Virus record (IMG/VR): IMGVR_UViG_3300030002_000008
Direction: 5' to 3' (one strand)
Length of the DNA: 64,000 nucleotides
Origin: a virus
Below the pieces are notes generated by a model. The model had not been told where the DNA came from and made no database searches. It worked only from the letters and a program-made list of their open reading frames with translations. Both the position numbers and the translations under genes were made by a program. Shown piece by piece: positions 1 to 9,554 of this stretch (position 1 is its first letter; every line of letters begins with the position of its first letter).

Positions 1-686
1 CCAAATGAACCGAATAAGGCTTCTTTTACCCAATCGACCATGTTGTTTACCCGGGCTTCATTTTCTACCAGTTCATCATCATCCAAGTCATCTATTGCAA
101 TATAGTCCGGACGGTTCTCTTTGTACCGGAGTCCACGGGGTGACTGTCCACGACCACGAGCAAAAAAAGCGCAATCATCTACTGTTACAAACTCACCTTC
201 TGTCCAGCTGCCAGCATTATATTGTTTACCAAAATCATTAATGTATCGTTGGTTGTATTGAAGTTCTGCCTGTACGTCGGATAGTAAAGTATTTGCATTG
301 TCCTGGGATTTACCAACCAGAACCATCACGTTTATTTCACGTTTCTTTTGACATTTAAGCCAAAGCGGAATCATAATGTCCACATGGGTAGATTTAGCAT
401 GACCACGTGCCCAGATAAATGCTGCCTGAATGTCCCGGTTCTCTTTTAGCTTATTGGCTGCTTTGGTATGAAATTTCGCATTAGGAATGACTTTCCCGGT
501 TTCCTTATCGGTACAATAATGTGGAAAATAATAAGCAACAAAATAATCATAATCGTTACGAGCCTTATCAATACGACGTTGCTTATCAGCATTGGATTCT
601 GATTTATTTATGGTAGTCTGATTTTGCACCGAGGTACAATGTTCCTTCCATATCCGTAATGCTTCTTTTTGTTCTGATAAAGTCAT
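1..686 (-). CDS. terL: terminase large subunit, N-terminal ATPase part (gene continues beyond window start)
   Basis: Minus-strand ORF with ATG at 686; missing from the ORF track because it runs off the edge. Translation MTLSEQKEALRIWKEH...DYFVAYYFPHY...FHTKAANKL...FIWARGHAKST (Walker A-like)...RPDYIAIDDLDDDE (Walker B-like). Terminase_6N-like pattern. Lies immediately downstream of terS on the same strand. Confidence 0.75.
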   Translation of the reverse strand, partial: MTLSEQKEALRIWKEHCTSVQNQTTINKSESNADKQRRIDKARNDYDYFVAYYFPHYCTDKETGKVIPNAKFHTKAANKLKENRDIQAAFIWARGHAKSTHVDIMIPLWLKCQKKREINVMVLVGKSQDNANTLLSDVQAELQYNQRYINDFGKQYNAGSWTEGEFVTVDDCAFFARGRGQSPRGLRYKENRPDYIAIDDLDDDELVENEARVNNMVDWVKEALFGSF

Positions 687-698
687 AACTGGGTCTTA

Positions 699-723
699 AC
701 ATCCCCTTTAGGGGCTTGGGGTT
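699..723. repeat. 25-bp element ACATCCCCTTTAGGGGCTTGGGGTT; exact inverted copy at 8543-8567
   Basis: Exact reverse complement of 8543-8567. Sits in the terS-terL intergenic gap and contains a CCCC-TTTA-GGGG mini-hairpin. Confidence 0.8.
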
Positions 724-1187
724 TATTTCGTTAAGTGTTCAGAGATATAAAGATCCTGGTACTTATTAATGGCTTTCACTAGTTCCGGAGTAACTTCTGA
801 GTCGAATGACTGTCGGTACTGGATCCATTTTCCAAAAGCCATAAATACCTCAATAGCATCTACAATATTGGCCTTTTTGTCCAGCTTTTCAATGACACTT
901 GCAAACTTGGAAAGCTTATCCCCTAATCCGGCAAGTACAACAGGATTCTTTTCTGTATTAGCCTGTTCAATTAGATTGTTTACTGCCGTCAACAACTTAT
1001 TGACTAATTCGGGTCGGGTGATATTAGCAGCTGCTTTGGTTGCTGCCCAGTTGCCCAGTTCTACCCACTTACTCATTGTAACGGCACTTACTCCTACCTT
1101 CTCTGCAATACTTTTTTGAGCATCACCTTGCAGGTAAAGTATGCGTGCAAATTCTTTCTTTTTCTCCAGTTCTTTTTTTGTGGACAT
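723..1187 (-). CDS. terS: terminase small subunit (HTH DNA-binding)
   Basis: 154 aa. N-terminal HTH (ILYLQGDAQKSIAEKVGVSAVTMSKW). Directly upstream of, and co-oriented with, terL. Confidence 0.55.
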   Translation of the reverse strand: MSTKKELEKKKEFARILYLQGDAQKSIAEKVGVSAVTMSKWVELGNWAATKAAANITRPELVNKLLTAVNNLIEQANTEKNPVVLAGLGDKLSKFASVIEKLDKKANIVDAIEVFMAFGKWIQYRQSFDSEVTPELVKAINKYQDLYISEHLTK

Positions 1188-1376
1188 AATTTATTGTGCT
1201 AATGTACTTAAGTGCGAATATGATTGTGATGCAAAATTGGTGCTTTTATGTCATGATTAAAAATAGAATTGACAGAATGGCAGTCCTATTTTTTAAGGTG
1301 GTTTTATTCCTATTTCTTTGCAACTCAATCAGGTCGACGAAAAACGTGCGATATCTAAATTTAAAGTTAAAATAAC

Positions 1377-2327
1377 ATGAATTACGATGTTCTTATTTCA
1401 AACTCAAAACTGAACTGCTTTGGCTTTCGGGTATTGACTTCGGGTATTGATATGGTTCAATTTGAAAAGAACCCTATCATGCTATTTATGCATAACAGGC
1501 CTTTTGGTCGTGATACGGATGGGATGCTTCCAATTGGTACAGTTATCAATCTGAGAATTGAAAATGATGATTTAATGGGAACGTTGAATTTTGACGAAGT
1601 TGATGACTTCAGCAAACAAATTAAAGCAAAATGGGATGCCGGTACTTTGCGTATGGTAAGTCCGGGACTTGATCCGAAAGAACGGAGTGAAGATCCTGCT
1701 TATTTATTACCTGGTCAAAAGTATGCCACTGTAACAAAGAGCAAACTTCTTGAAATTAGCGTGGTGGATATGGGTGGTAACGATGATGCCCTGGCTTTGT
1801 ATGCTGATGGAAAACTAATAACACTATCACTGGGTGGAGACAATGAATTTTTAAAACCTATAAATATTATTAATCAAAACGACGAATCAATGAAATCAAT
1901 CGCATTGTTTTTGGGACTGCCGGAAACGGCAACCGAAGCCGAAATACTGGCAAAAGTTACATCAATCAAGTTGGCATCCGACAAAGTAACTTCGTTGGAA
2001 GCGGAAGCTGCAACACAACGTGATCTGGCCATTACTACGGAAGTAGAAGCTGCTATTACGCTTAAAAAGGTAACTGCAGATAAAAAGGATCATTTTATCA
2101 CCCTTGGTAAAACTTCCGGACTGGAAGTACTGAAAACTACCCTGGAGTTAATGGTACCATCCAAAAAACCAACCGACGTGATCAACCTGAATTCAAAAGG
2201 TGAAGTTGTAGAGTTCAAGAAACTGAGTGAAGTCCCTGAAGCCGAATTGTTGCTTATGCGCGAAAACGATAAGGACACTTATTGCAAGCTTTTTAAGGCT
2301 GAATACGGCACGGAGATTACTCTTTAA
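1377..2327 (+). CDS. putative prohead protease / scaffold fusion protein
   Basis: 316 aa. First gene of the plus-strand late operon. C-terminal half is Ala/Glu/Thr-rich and coiled-coil-like (EAEILAKVTSIKLASDKVTSLEAEAATQRDLAITTEVEAAITLKK), as in protease-scaffold fusions. Call is by position. Confidence 0.35.
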   Translation: MNYDVLISNSKLNCFGFRVLTSGIDMVQFEKNPIMLFMHNRPFGRDTDGMLPIGTVINLRIENDDLMGTLNFDEVDDFSKQIKAKWDAGTLRMVSPGLDPKERSEDPAYLLPGQKYATVTKSKLLEISVVDMGGNDDALALYADGKLITLSLGGDNEFLKPINIINQNDESMKSIALFLGLPETATEAEILAKVTSIKLASDKVTSLEAEAATQRDLAITTEVEAAITLKKVTADKKDHFITLGKTSGLEVLKTTLELMVPSKKPTDVINLNSKGEVVEFKKLSEVPEAELLLMRENDKDTYCKLFKAEYGTEITL

Positions 2328-2388
2328 AAGGTGGTCTGTAGAAAGTAGTAAAAACAAGTAATTTAAAAACAATCCAATTTATAAAACA

Positions 2389-3447
2389 ATGAAAAAAATA
2401 TTAGTGTTTTGCCTGGCCTTATTGGTCAATTTCTTTGCCGGAGGCGTAATGTTCGCAGCCGTTGGTATTGCGCCTGTCATAGGTGGGTTAATTTTTAATG
2501 GGGTTGCCATTGTGTCACCTTTATTTGGTGCTCCGATAGGTGCATTTCGTGCAACAATTTTCACTGAGGTTTGGACAGGTGAAATGATAAAAGCTTTCCG
2601 TAATTCCATGGAGTCAATTGGGTGGATTAGTAGAATACGTGATTATAGCCAGTATGCTAAAAATGATGTCATTCACTTTGTAGACCTTGGTGGCGATCCA
2701 ACAGTATTAATCAATAACACATCATATCCATTGGAAATTGAAACCTTATCGGACACCGATAAACCTATCGGACTGGATAAATATCAAACTAAACCAAGCC
2801 GTATAACCGATGACGAACTGAATGCCATCTCCTACGATAAAATGGGATCGGTGATTGAACGTCACAGTGAAGCAATTAACCAAACAAAATATGCACGTGC
2901 ATTACATGCATTGTCACCTAATAGTGACGCTGCCGGTACTCCGGTATTGCTAACAACCGGTGCTACGGCTCCTGAAGGTGGACGTAAAATGTTGCTTCGT
3001 GCAGATATAATCGCGTTAAAAAAGAAATTTGATACGATGAAGGTTCCGGTTGCCGGGCGATGCCTGGTACTTTGTGCTGATCATATTAATGACTTGCTTC
3101 AAAGCGATCAAAAATTTGTGGAACAATACCACAATTATACCACCGGTAAGATTGCTAATCTGTTCTCATTCGAAGTATTTGAATATACCGATAGTCCTTA
3201 TTATGTAGTAGCAGCCAAAACAAAACTGGCTTATGGTTCCGTACCTGGTGTAACACATCGTCAGGCTTCTATTGCCTTCTTTGCTCCACAAATGATGAAA
3301 GCAACAGGTACAACTAAATCATATTTCAGTGCAGCTGTTGATCACCCTGAAACACAGGAAAACCTTGCCAATTTCCGCACCTATTTTATTTGTCTTCCAC
3401 TAAGGAATCAGGCAATTGGTGCCATTGTCAGCGATATCGTTGCGTAG
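2389..3447 (+). CDS. putative major capsid protein (N-terminal hydrophobic Gly-rich segment)
   Basis: 352 aa. Follows the protease/scaffold and precedes the sheath. N-terminal ~50 aa are hydrophobic (LVFCLALLVNFFAGGVMFAAVGIAPVIGG). Call is by position only. Confidence 0.35.
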   Translation: MKKILVFCLALLVNFFAGGVMFAAVGIAPVIGGLIFNGVAIVSPLFGAPIGAFRATIFTEVWTGEMIKAFRNSMESIGWISRIRDYSQYAKNDVIHFVDLGGDPTVLINNTSYPLEIETLSDTDKPIGLDKYQTKPSRITDDELNAISYDKMGSVIERHSEAINQTKYARALHALSPNSDAAGTPVLLTTGATAPEGGRKMLLRADIIALKKKFDTMKVPVAGRCLVLCADHINDLLQSDQKFVEQYHNYTTGKIANLFSFEVFEYTDSPYYVVAAKTKLAYGSVPGVTHRQASIAFFAPQMMKATGTTKSYFSAAVDHPETQENLANFRTYFICLPLRNQAIGAIVSDIVA

Positions 3448-3502
3448 TTATTAATTAGTAACCGGTTGTCATAATAACCGGTTACATTAAACACATACAA
3501 AA

Positions 3503-3898
3503 ATGACTAATAAAGAAAATAGTGAAGATCTAAAAGTGACTCCTGTAAAAACAGGTGAAGTTACTCCTGAAAAAGTTATTGAACAGGTTCCTGAAAAAGA
3601 AGTTGAGAAAGTTCCTGAAAAAGAAGTTCCTGAAAAGGAAGTTACTGAAAAGGAAGTAGAGAAAACACCGGAAACTGAAATAGAACAAGAGTTACCTGTT
3701 TTCCCTGCAGTGTCAAAAGTTGAAGCAAGCAATACATCAAAGTTTTATGATGAATCGGAATCTCTTTTTAAAGACTATCCGGATGCAATTGCGTTCCACT
3801 TTACAAGTGACGGCCTCGCCTTTTTTCAACATACCGATGCCAGGAACCATGCCTCTACATTAGAGGACAAAGAAGTTATTTCAAAAGTACGTCAATAA
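3503..3898 (+). CDS. acidic head-associated protein with PEKEV repeats
   Basis: 131 aa. Contains VPEKEVEKVPEKEVPEKEVTEKEVEKTPE tandem pentapeptide repeats. Lies between the capsid and sheath genes. Confidence 0.3.
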   Translation: MTNKENSEDLKVTPVKTGEVTPEKVIEQVPEKEVEKVPEKEVPEKEVTEKEVEKTPETEIEQELPVFPAVSKVEASNTSKFYDESESLFKDYPDAIAFHFTSDGLAFFQHTDARNHASTLEDKEVISKVRQ

Positions 3899-3990
3899 AC
3901 CATTTCCGTGTGTGTTCAACGTTTCGGGATACCGGCAGCTCTTACCGCCGGTACCGGAACAATGGACAACGGGAAAATTAAAAAAACAAT

Positions 3991-5187
3991 ATGTTACCAC
4001 GCGTAAAAATATATTTTGAAAACGGAGCTTTAGGCAGTTCCACGCCATCCGATGATGCCGTGGTAGGATTATTGGCCTCCGGTGTGGCAGTAACGGGTAA
4101 GTTTGTTCCTGGAACATCATACCTTATTACCTCACCTGATGGATTGACCAAGTTAGGTATTACTTCCGCTGTGAACGATGTAAATGCATTGATATTTAAA
4201 ACGGTTGATGAATTCTATACAGAAGCTCCCATTGGTACTAAATTATGGATATTAGCAGCTGTTAATACCTTATCTATGTCCGACCTGGTTGATAGTACAA
4301 AAACGTATGCAAAAACGCTTATTAATGCAGCAAATGGAGCTATTAACTTCATTATGGTTGCCAAAAGTGATGCAATTGCGTATGTTCCTGTAGTTACTAC
4401 CGGAATGGATTCGGATGTTGCCCTGGCTATTACCAACGCCCAGGCATTAGGTGAATGGGCTACTGAAACTAAATATGCTCCGCTGTTTACCATTTTGCCC
4501 GGAAGACATTATACCGGAACGGCATCAGCTCTTACCGATCTGGCTCTCGCAGCTAATAACCGGGTTTGTGTGATAATTGGTGACACGGTAAGTGGCAGCA
4601 AGGATGCATCGGTTGGCTTAATGGCAGGTCGTATAGCTGCTATTCCGGTACAACGATCTATTGCACGTGTAAAAACGGGTGCTATCCCTGTAAACTCAAT
4701 GTTTATTGGAGCTATAGCTGCTGAACTGGGTGATCCTGATATTATAAACGATAAAGGGTATGTCACCTTCCGCACATTTGTAGGGAAAGCCGGGTATTAC
4801 TTTACGGATGATAAACTGGCCACTGATCCAACTGATGACTATGCATTAATCCCAAGACGTCGTGTTATTGACAAGGCTTACCGGATCGGATATAAAACAA
4901 TGGTAAACGAATTGAGCAACGAGGTTCCGGTGACGGACTCAGGTTCTATTCCTGCTCCGATTGTAAAAAGTATTCAGAATGCAGTTGAAGTTGCCATTGA
5001 AACAAATATGAACGGCAACCTGGGAGTTGATCCTGGCAATCCAAAAGATACCGGCGTTCAGTGTTTTATTGATGCTTCACAAAACATTGTCAGTTCTTCG
5101 ACATTGATCGCATCGCTTAAGGTTAAACCTTTCGGATATTCAAAGTACATTGATTTGTACCTGGGCTTTAAAACAACAACTGTATAA
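3991..5187 (+). CDS. contractile tail sheath protein
   Basis: 398 aa. Ala/Gly/Thr-rich sheath-like composition. Immediately followed by the tube gene and a terminator. Sheath-tube-chaperone-tape measure order. Confidence 0.55.
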   Translation: MLPRVKIYFENGALGSSTPSDDAVVGLLASGVAVTGKFVPGTSYLITSPDGLTKLGITSAVNDVNALIFKTVDEFYTEAPIGTKLWILAAVNTLSMSDLVDSTKTYAKTLINAANGAINFIMVAKSDAIAYVPVVTTGMDSDVALAITNAQALGEWATETKYAPLFTILPGRHYTGTASALTDLALAANNRVCVIIGDTVSGSKDASVGLMAGRIAAIPVQRSIARVKTGAIPVNSMFIGAIAAELGDPDIINDKGYVTFRTFVGKAGYYFTDDKLATDPTDDYALIPRRRVIDKAYRIGYKTMVNELSNEVPVTDSGSIPAPIVKSIQNAVEVAIETNMNGNLGVDPGNPKDTGVQCFIDASQNIVSSSTLIASLKVKPFGYSKYIDLYLGFKTTTV

Positions 5188-5200
5188 TCATTTTAAAAAC

Positions 5201-5617
5201 ATGTTTGATTCAAGAGAATACGAATTTGCTGACTTAACCCTGGTGTTAGGTGGCAAGGATATCACAGGTTTCCGTGGTATCAAATACACTACCAAACAGG
5301 AAAAGGAAGTGGTGTACGGTAAAGGGAATGAGCCATTGAAAATTCAGAAAGGCAATAAGAGCCATGAGGGTGAACTTACTATCTTGCAGAGTGAATATGA
5401 AACCTTGGTGGCTAATAGTGCCGATGGTTCATTATTATCACTTCAACTGGATGCGGTAGTTGCGTATGGTAATCCCGGTAACGGTGATATGCTGATTACG
5501 GATATTTTGCAAGGCCTTCAGTTTACTGAAGAAAGCAAAGAAGTAAAACAGGGTGACAAATTTATGGAGTGCAAACTTCCATTTATATTTTTGAGAAAGA
5601 AAGCTCAAACGATTTAA
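5201..5617 (+). CDS. tail tube protein
   Basis: Track ORF 5150-5617 overlaps the sheath. ATG at 5201 (MFDSREYEFADLTLVLGGKDITGFRGIKY...) is the more likely start. 138 aa. Tube position after the sheath. Confidence 0.5.
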   Translation: MFDSREYEFADLTLVLGGKDITGFRGIKYTTKQEKEVVYGKGNEPLKIQKGNKSHEGELTILQSEYETLVANSADGSLLSLQLDAVVAYGNPGNGDMLITDILQGLQFTEESKEVKQGDKFMECKLPFIFLRKKAQTI

Positions 5618-5640
5618 AACCTATAAAATTAATGACTAAC

Positions 5641-5680
5641 AAAAGCAGTCGGTCAATAGCTGGCTGACTGCTTTTATTTT
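5641..5680 (+). terminator. intrinsic terminator after sheath-tube
   Basis: AAAGCAGTC-(loop)-GACTGCTTTT, a 9-bp stem followed by a T-run. Confidence 0.5.
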
Positions 5681-5704
5681 AAAAACAAAATAATAACACA
5701 CACA

Positions 5705-6013
5705 ATGGAAAAAGAATTAATAGGACAGGCAACTCCTGAACAAATTGCCGAATGGAAAGCAAAAAATAAAAATGTATTTGCAGTTACCGTTGATGGTCAT
5801 ATTGCTTATTTAAAAAGTCCTGATCGTAAAACATTATCGTACGCTACTGTTGCCGGCACAAAAGACGCCCTTAAATTCAATGAAGTATTGATTAATGGCT
5901 GCTGGTTAGGAGGTAGTGAAAACATCAAAACAGATGATGACTTGTTTTATGCAGTTGGAAAGCAACTTGTTGAAATAATCCAGGTAAAAGAAGCTGAACT
6001 CGTAAAGTTATAG
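5705..6013 (+). CDS. tail assembly chaperone (gpG-like)
   Basis: 102 aa. Sits between tube and tape measure. A downstream open frame (5998-6174) overlaps its 3' end; see the frameshift finding. Confidence 0.45.
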   Translation: MEKELIGQATPEQIAEWKAKNKNVFAVTVDGHIAYLKSPDRKTLSYATVAGTKDALKFNEVLINGCWLGGSENIKTDDDLFYAVGKQLVEIIQVKEAELVKL

Positions 6014-6210
6014 AGGAAGGTGTTGTGCAACCTTCCGAATGGATAAGAAAAATTAATGCACAATTACGGTATTACCTCCATCTCGATCCGGACCTGCTGA
6101 CGGATATACAATGGGCAAATGCCTGGAAAGAGTTGGAGTGGATACGTGAAGAGGAAGCGAAAGCCAATAAATGATTTACACATATTAAGAATAGATTTAC
6201 ATAGATAATA

Positions 6211-7908
6211 ATGGCAAATATATACGAATACATCATAAAGCTAAATGCCCGTATGGACGGTATAGTTGCTGCTAATAAGGGATTGCAACGAACTGACCAA
6301 CTTGCACATGCTGCCCAGGCATCAGCTAATGGTTTGAGTGGCGCATTTAGTAAAGTAGGTGGTGTATTGGGTGCCATGGGAATTGGTTTTGGCATGTTTC
6401 AGGTAGTGAATATGATGAAACAAGGCGTTGAAAAATCTCATGAGCTTCATCTGGCACAGGCACAATTACAGGCCGGACTTATCAGTACCGGGAATGCTGC
6501 CGGAATTACGATGCAGAGTATTGATGCCATTGCTTCAAAAATAAGTGCAAATTCTTTAAGTAGCCGCGCTGATGTTCTTTCAATGCAGTCTATCCTATTG
6601 ACTTTTCCCAATGTATCAAAACAAACATTTGGGGCAGCATCACAAGCCATTGCAGACATGAGTACCCGTATGAAAACGGATATGAGTTCAACAGCTTTAC
6701 AAGTTGGTAAAGCTCTTCAAGATCCTATCCTTGGTATAACAGCCTTACGTCGTGCAGGTGTAAACTTCAATGGTGAACAAAAAGAACTGATTAAAAGCCT
6801 TGTAAAAGGGGGTAATATGGCAGCTGCCCAGACTATGATTTTGACGGAACTTAACAAAGAGTTTGGAGGATCGGCCAAAGCAGCTTATGATGCTACTCCT
6901 ATGGCACATTATAATAAGGCAATCGGTAAAATAATGTTATCAGTTGGTGATCTTGGTATTAAGATTCAGGAAAAATTAGTTCCATCGTTGGAAATCTTTG
7001 CTGATAACTTTAAATCTACTCTTTCGGTTGGAATTCAGTTTGTAAAATCATTATACGATATAAAAGATGTCTTATTGATTCTAGGAGGTGGATTTGCTGC
7101 ATATAATATTATACTTGGAGCTGTAGCACTTAAAACGGCTGTATTAACATGGTATACCGGATTATCAACAGCTGCTATCATTGTCAACACGTTGGTTACT
7201 GAAGGATGGGCTGCTGCCATGGTAGCTGTCAATATAGCCATGTCTGCTAACCCTATTGGTTTTATAATTGCATTAATAGCTTTGTTGGTTGCAGGGATAG
7301 TTTATTGTTATAATCGGTTTGGATGGTTTCGTGGTGCTATTTTGGGTGCATGGGAAGCAATTAAAGGTTTTGGAAATATTATTAAAGAATTTATAATTGA
7401 TCGGATTGTTGGAATACTTTCGGGTCTGGGTGGATTAGGTAAGGCACTGGTTCAGTTTTTTAAAGGTGACTGGAAAGCTGCCTGGGCAACCGCCAATCAG
7501 GCAAGTAAAGATCTTATTGGTTTTGGTGCAGTTGGAAATGCAATAAATAACGCCAAAGAAGTTGGTAAGAACATTGGAGCAGCCTATCATCAGGGAGTTT
7601 CTGAGATAGATGCAAAGAATAAAGCCGGAATAAAGAATAGTGATAAGGCAGGAATTAAAACAGCTACCGTTCCAGGGCTTGGAGTTGTGGGTGCAGGTGG
7701 AACCGGTGGAGGTGCAGCAGCTACAAAAGCAGGAACAGAAAAAGTAGCTACCGGTGGAACCCGCAATACATCTATTACTATTAATCTGGGTAAAATGGTG
7801 GAAAGTATCATTTTTCAGGGAGGTGTAAAAGAGAATGAAAAAGATTTAGTGAGTCAGGTAGAAGCAGCTTTGTTGAGAGTGCTGTATTCGGCACAGTCGG
7901 CTTCTTAA
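6211..7908 (+). CDS. tail tape measure protein
   Basis: 565 aa. Long N-terminal helical region, hydrophobic Gly/Ala-rich membrane-like segments (AAYNIILGAVALKTAVLTWYTGLSTAAIIV..., PIGFIIALIALLVAGIVYCY) and a Gly-rich C-terminus. Position after the chaperone. Confidence 0.5.
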   Translation: MANIYEYIIKLNARMDGIVAANKGLQRTDQLAHAAQASANGLSGAFSKVGGVLGAMGIGFGMFQVVNMMKQGVEKSHELHLAQAQLQAGLISTGNAAGITMQSIDAIASKISANSLSSRADVLSMQSILLTFPNVSKQTFGAASQAIADMSTRMKTDMSSTALQVGKALQDPILGITALRRAGVNFNGEQKELIKSLVKGGNMAAAQTMILTELNKEFGGSAKAAYDATPMAHYNKAIGKIMLSVGDLGIKIQEKLVPSLEIFADNFKSTLSVGIQFVKSLYDIKDVLLILGGGFAAYNIILGAVALKTAVLTWYTGLSTAAIIVNTLVTEGWAAAMVAVNIAMSANPIGFIIALIALLVAGIVYCYNRFGWFRGAILGAWEAIKGFGNIIKEFIIDRIVGILSGLGGLGKALVQFFKGDWKAAWATANQASKDLIGFGAVGNAINNAKEVGKNIGAAYHQGVSEIDAKNKAGIKNSDKAGIKTATVPGLGVVGAGGTGGGAAATKAGTEKVATGGTRNTSITINLGKMVESIIFQGGVKENEKDLVSQVEAALLRVLYSAQSAS

Positions 7909-7941
7909 ATAAAATTATACGTAATAAAATAAATTACACGA

Positions 7942-8541
7942 ATGTTTGACCCAATAAGAGATTTAAACGAAGCAACAAATATAGCACTCATAACACAAAA
8001 TGCCCTTGGGTTTGCTATGCCTCCGTTTATTCCTTTCAGGGATACGGTAATAGTACGCGGGTCGGAGGATGTGGAAGCGTCGGCAGAACTGACAAGCCGT
8101 ATAAATTCGGGATTTGTTGAAAATACAAACTGGGTAGTTCCATTATCATTTCAAATTGATGGATTAACTGATTTCGATTTTCCGGTGGATCCAATCATTT
8201 CATTATCCAGTAAAAATATTATTACACGCCGGTATGTAAATAAGTCAACAAAGCGTGGATCAATTAAAGAACACTGGAGTCAGGATGATTGGGAAATTAC
8301 AATTACAGGAATTATCATAGAACCGGATACTGATTTTATGGAAAACATACTACTTGAATTGCGTAAATATTTAAACAGTTCAAAGTCAATATCTGTAAAA
8401 TGCCCGGTATTTAATCAAATGGATATATTACGGATTGCCATTGAAACATACGACTTTCCATTTACAAAAGGAGTGGAGAATCAGGCATTCATAATTAAAG
8501 CTTTCAGCGATGAAGATTATGACCTTTTAATAAAGAATTAA
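7942..8541 (+). CDS. tail/baseplate assembly protein (unassigned)
   Basis: 199 aa. Follows the tape measure. Call is by position. Confidence 0.3.
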   Translation: MFDPIRDLNEATNIALITQNALGFAMPPFIPFRDTVIVRGSEDVEASAELTSRINSGFVENTNWVVPLSFQIDGLTDFDFPVDPIISLSSKNIITRRYVNKSTKRGSIKEHWSQDDWEITITGIIIEPDTDFMENILLELRKYLNSSKSISVKCPVFNQMDILRIAIETYDFPFTKGVENQAFIIKAFSDEDYDLLIKN

Positions 8542-8542
8542 T

Positions 8543-8567
8543 AACCCCAAGCCCCTAAAGGGGATGT
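8543..8567. repeat. 25-bp element AACCCCAAGCCCCTAAAGGGGATGT; exact inverted copy of 699-723
   Basis: Exact reverse complement of 699-723. Intergenic between 7942-8541 and 8598-9554. Confidence 0.8.
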
Positions 8568-8597
8568 AATAAATGGGATTTAAATAGGATTTAAATT

Positions 8598-9554
8598 ATG
8601 TTTAAACTGTCGTGGAAGGTCACTATTGGAACTTATCAGTTGGGAATGATTGAAAGCATTGAAACAATTCGAAGTGTCGAATTATTGAGTGATACGGCAA
8701 CCATTACTTTACCTTCGGCAGTTTATAATATCCCTTTTGATATTAATGATAAGATTAAACGTGGTGATGCTGTAAAGATTGAATTCGGATATGATGATAA
8801 GTTTATAACTGAATTTGAGGGTTACCTTCAACAAGAACCGGCAACTGATAATGGATCTCTAATACTAAAATGCGAAGATGGTCTTTTCCAATACAGGAAA
8901 TCGCTTGATAACATTGAACTTAAAAATGTAAGCGTAAGTGATGTTCTGAATTACGTGAATGGTAAAATAGGTGGATTTACACTGAGTTGCGATTATGAAT
9001 TTAAGTATGACAAATTCGTGATCAACAATGCAACCGGTTATGATGTACTAAAAAAAATACAGGAGGAAGCAAAGCCGAATATCTATTTAAAAGGAAATAT
9101 ACTGCATGTTCATCCTCAATACTCTGAGATATTTGGTAAAGTAAAATACGATTTTTCAAAGAATATTGAAACTGCAGAACTAAAGTATTTAAAGAAAGAA
9201 GATCGAAAGGTTATTGTCTCAATTGAATATCCCGGTAAAGATGGTAAACTACATAAAATAGAGTTTGGAGATACCGGTGGTGAACGAATTGACAGAAAAG
9301 GTGGAACCGGTGATTTGGATAGTTTAATGCTTCAGGCCAAAAACGAATATGTAAGTCGGGTATATGATGGTTATGAAGGAACATTTACCGGTTGGTTAGT
9401 TCCGTATTGTGATGCCGGGTACCAGGTTAAATTGGTAGATGAGGATTACCAGGATAAAACCGGTAATTATTATGTATTGGAAGTAAAAACAAATTTCTCA
9501 AAATCCGGAGGAGTAAGAACGATTAAAATCGGTAAAAAGTTGAGTGATGGCTAA
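8598..9554 (+). CDS. baseplate hub / late-control-D-like protein
   Basis: 318 aa. Position after the tape measure and before the spike-like gene. Call is by position. Confidence 0.3.
   Translation: MFKLSWKVTIGTYQLGMIESIETIRSVELLSDTATITLPSAVYNIPFDINDKIKRGDAVKIEFGYDDKFITEFEGYLQQEPATDNGSLILKCEDGLFQYRKSLDNIELKNVSVSDVLNYVNGKIGGFTLSCDYEFKYDKFVINNATGYDVLKKIQEEAKPNIYLKGNILHVHPQYSEIFGKVKYDFSKNIETAELKYLKKEDRKVIVSIEYPGKDGKLHKIEFGDTGGERIDRKGGTGDLDSLMLQAKNEYVSRVYDGYEGTFTGWLVPYCDAGYQVKLVDEDYQDKTGNYYVLEVKTNFSKSGGVRTIKIGKKLSDG

Noticed and set aside
5-241. 78-aa plus-strand ORF at the window start
   Set aside because: Lies entirely inside, and antisense to, the much better supported minus-strand terL reading frame (1-686). 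Composition is His/Leu-rich and looks spurious.
769-1119. 116-aa plus-strand ORF
   Set aside because: Antisense to terS (723-1187), which has a clear HTH and operon context. It is a shadow ORF.
3487-3732. 81-aa minus-strand Ser/Thr/Phe-rich ORF
   Set aside because: Antisense shadow of the PEKEV-repeat gene. The repetitive GAA/AAG codons create an open antisense frame.
5150-5200. Upstream start of the tube ORF at 5150 (track)
   Set aside because: It overlaps the sheath gene by 38 nt in another frame. The ATG at 5201 gives a clean junction and a typical N-terminus.
6072-6395. 107-aa minus-strand ORF across the chaperone/tape-measure junction
   Set aside because: Antisense to the tape measure start and to the candidate frameshift extension. 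Hydrophobic junk composition.
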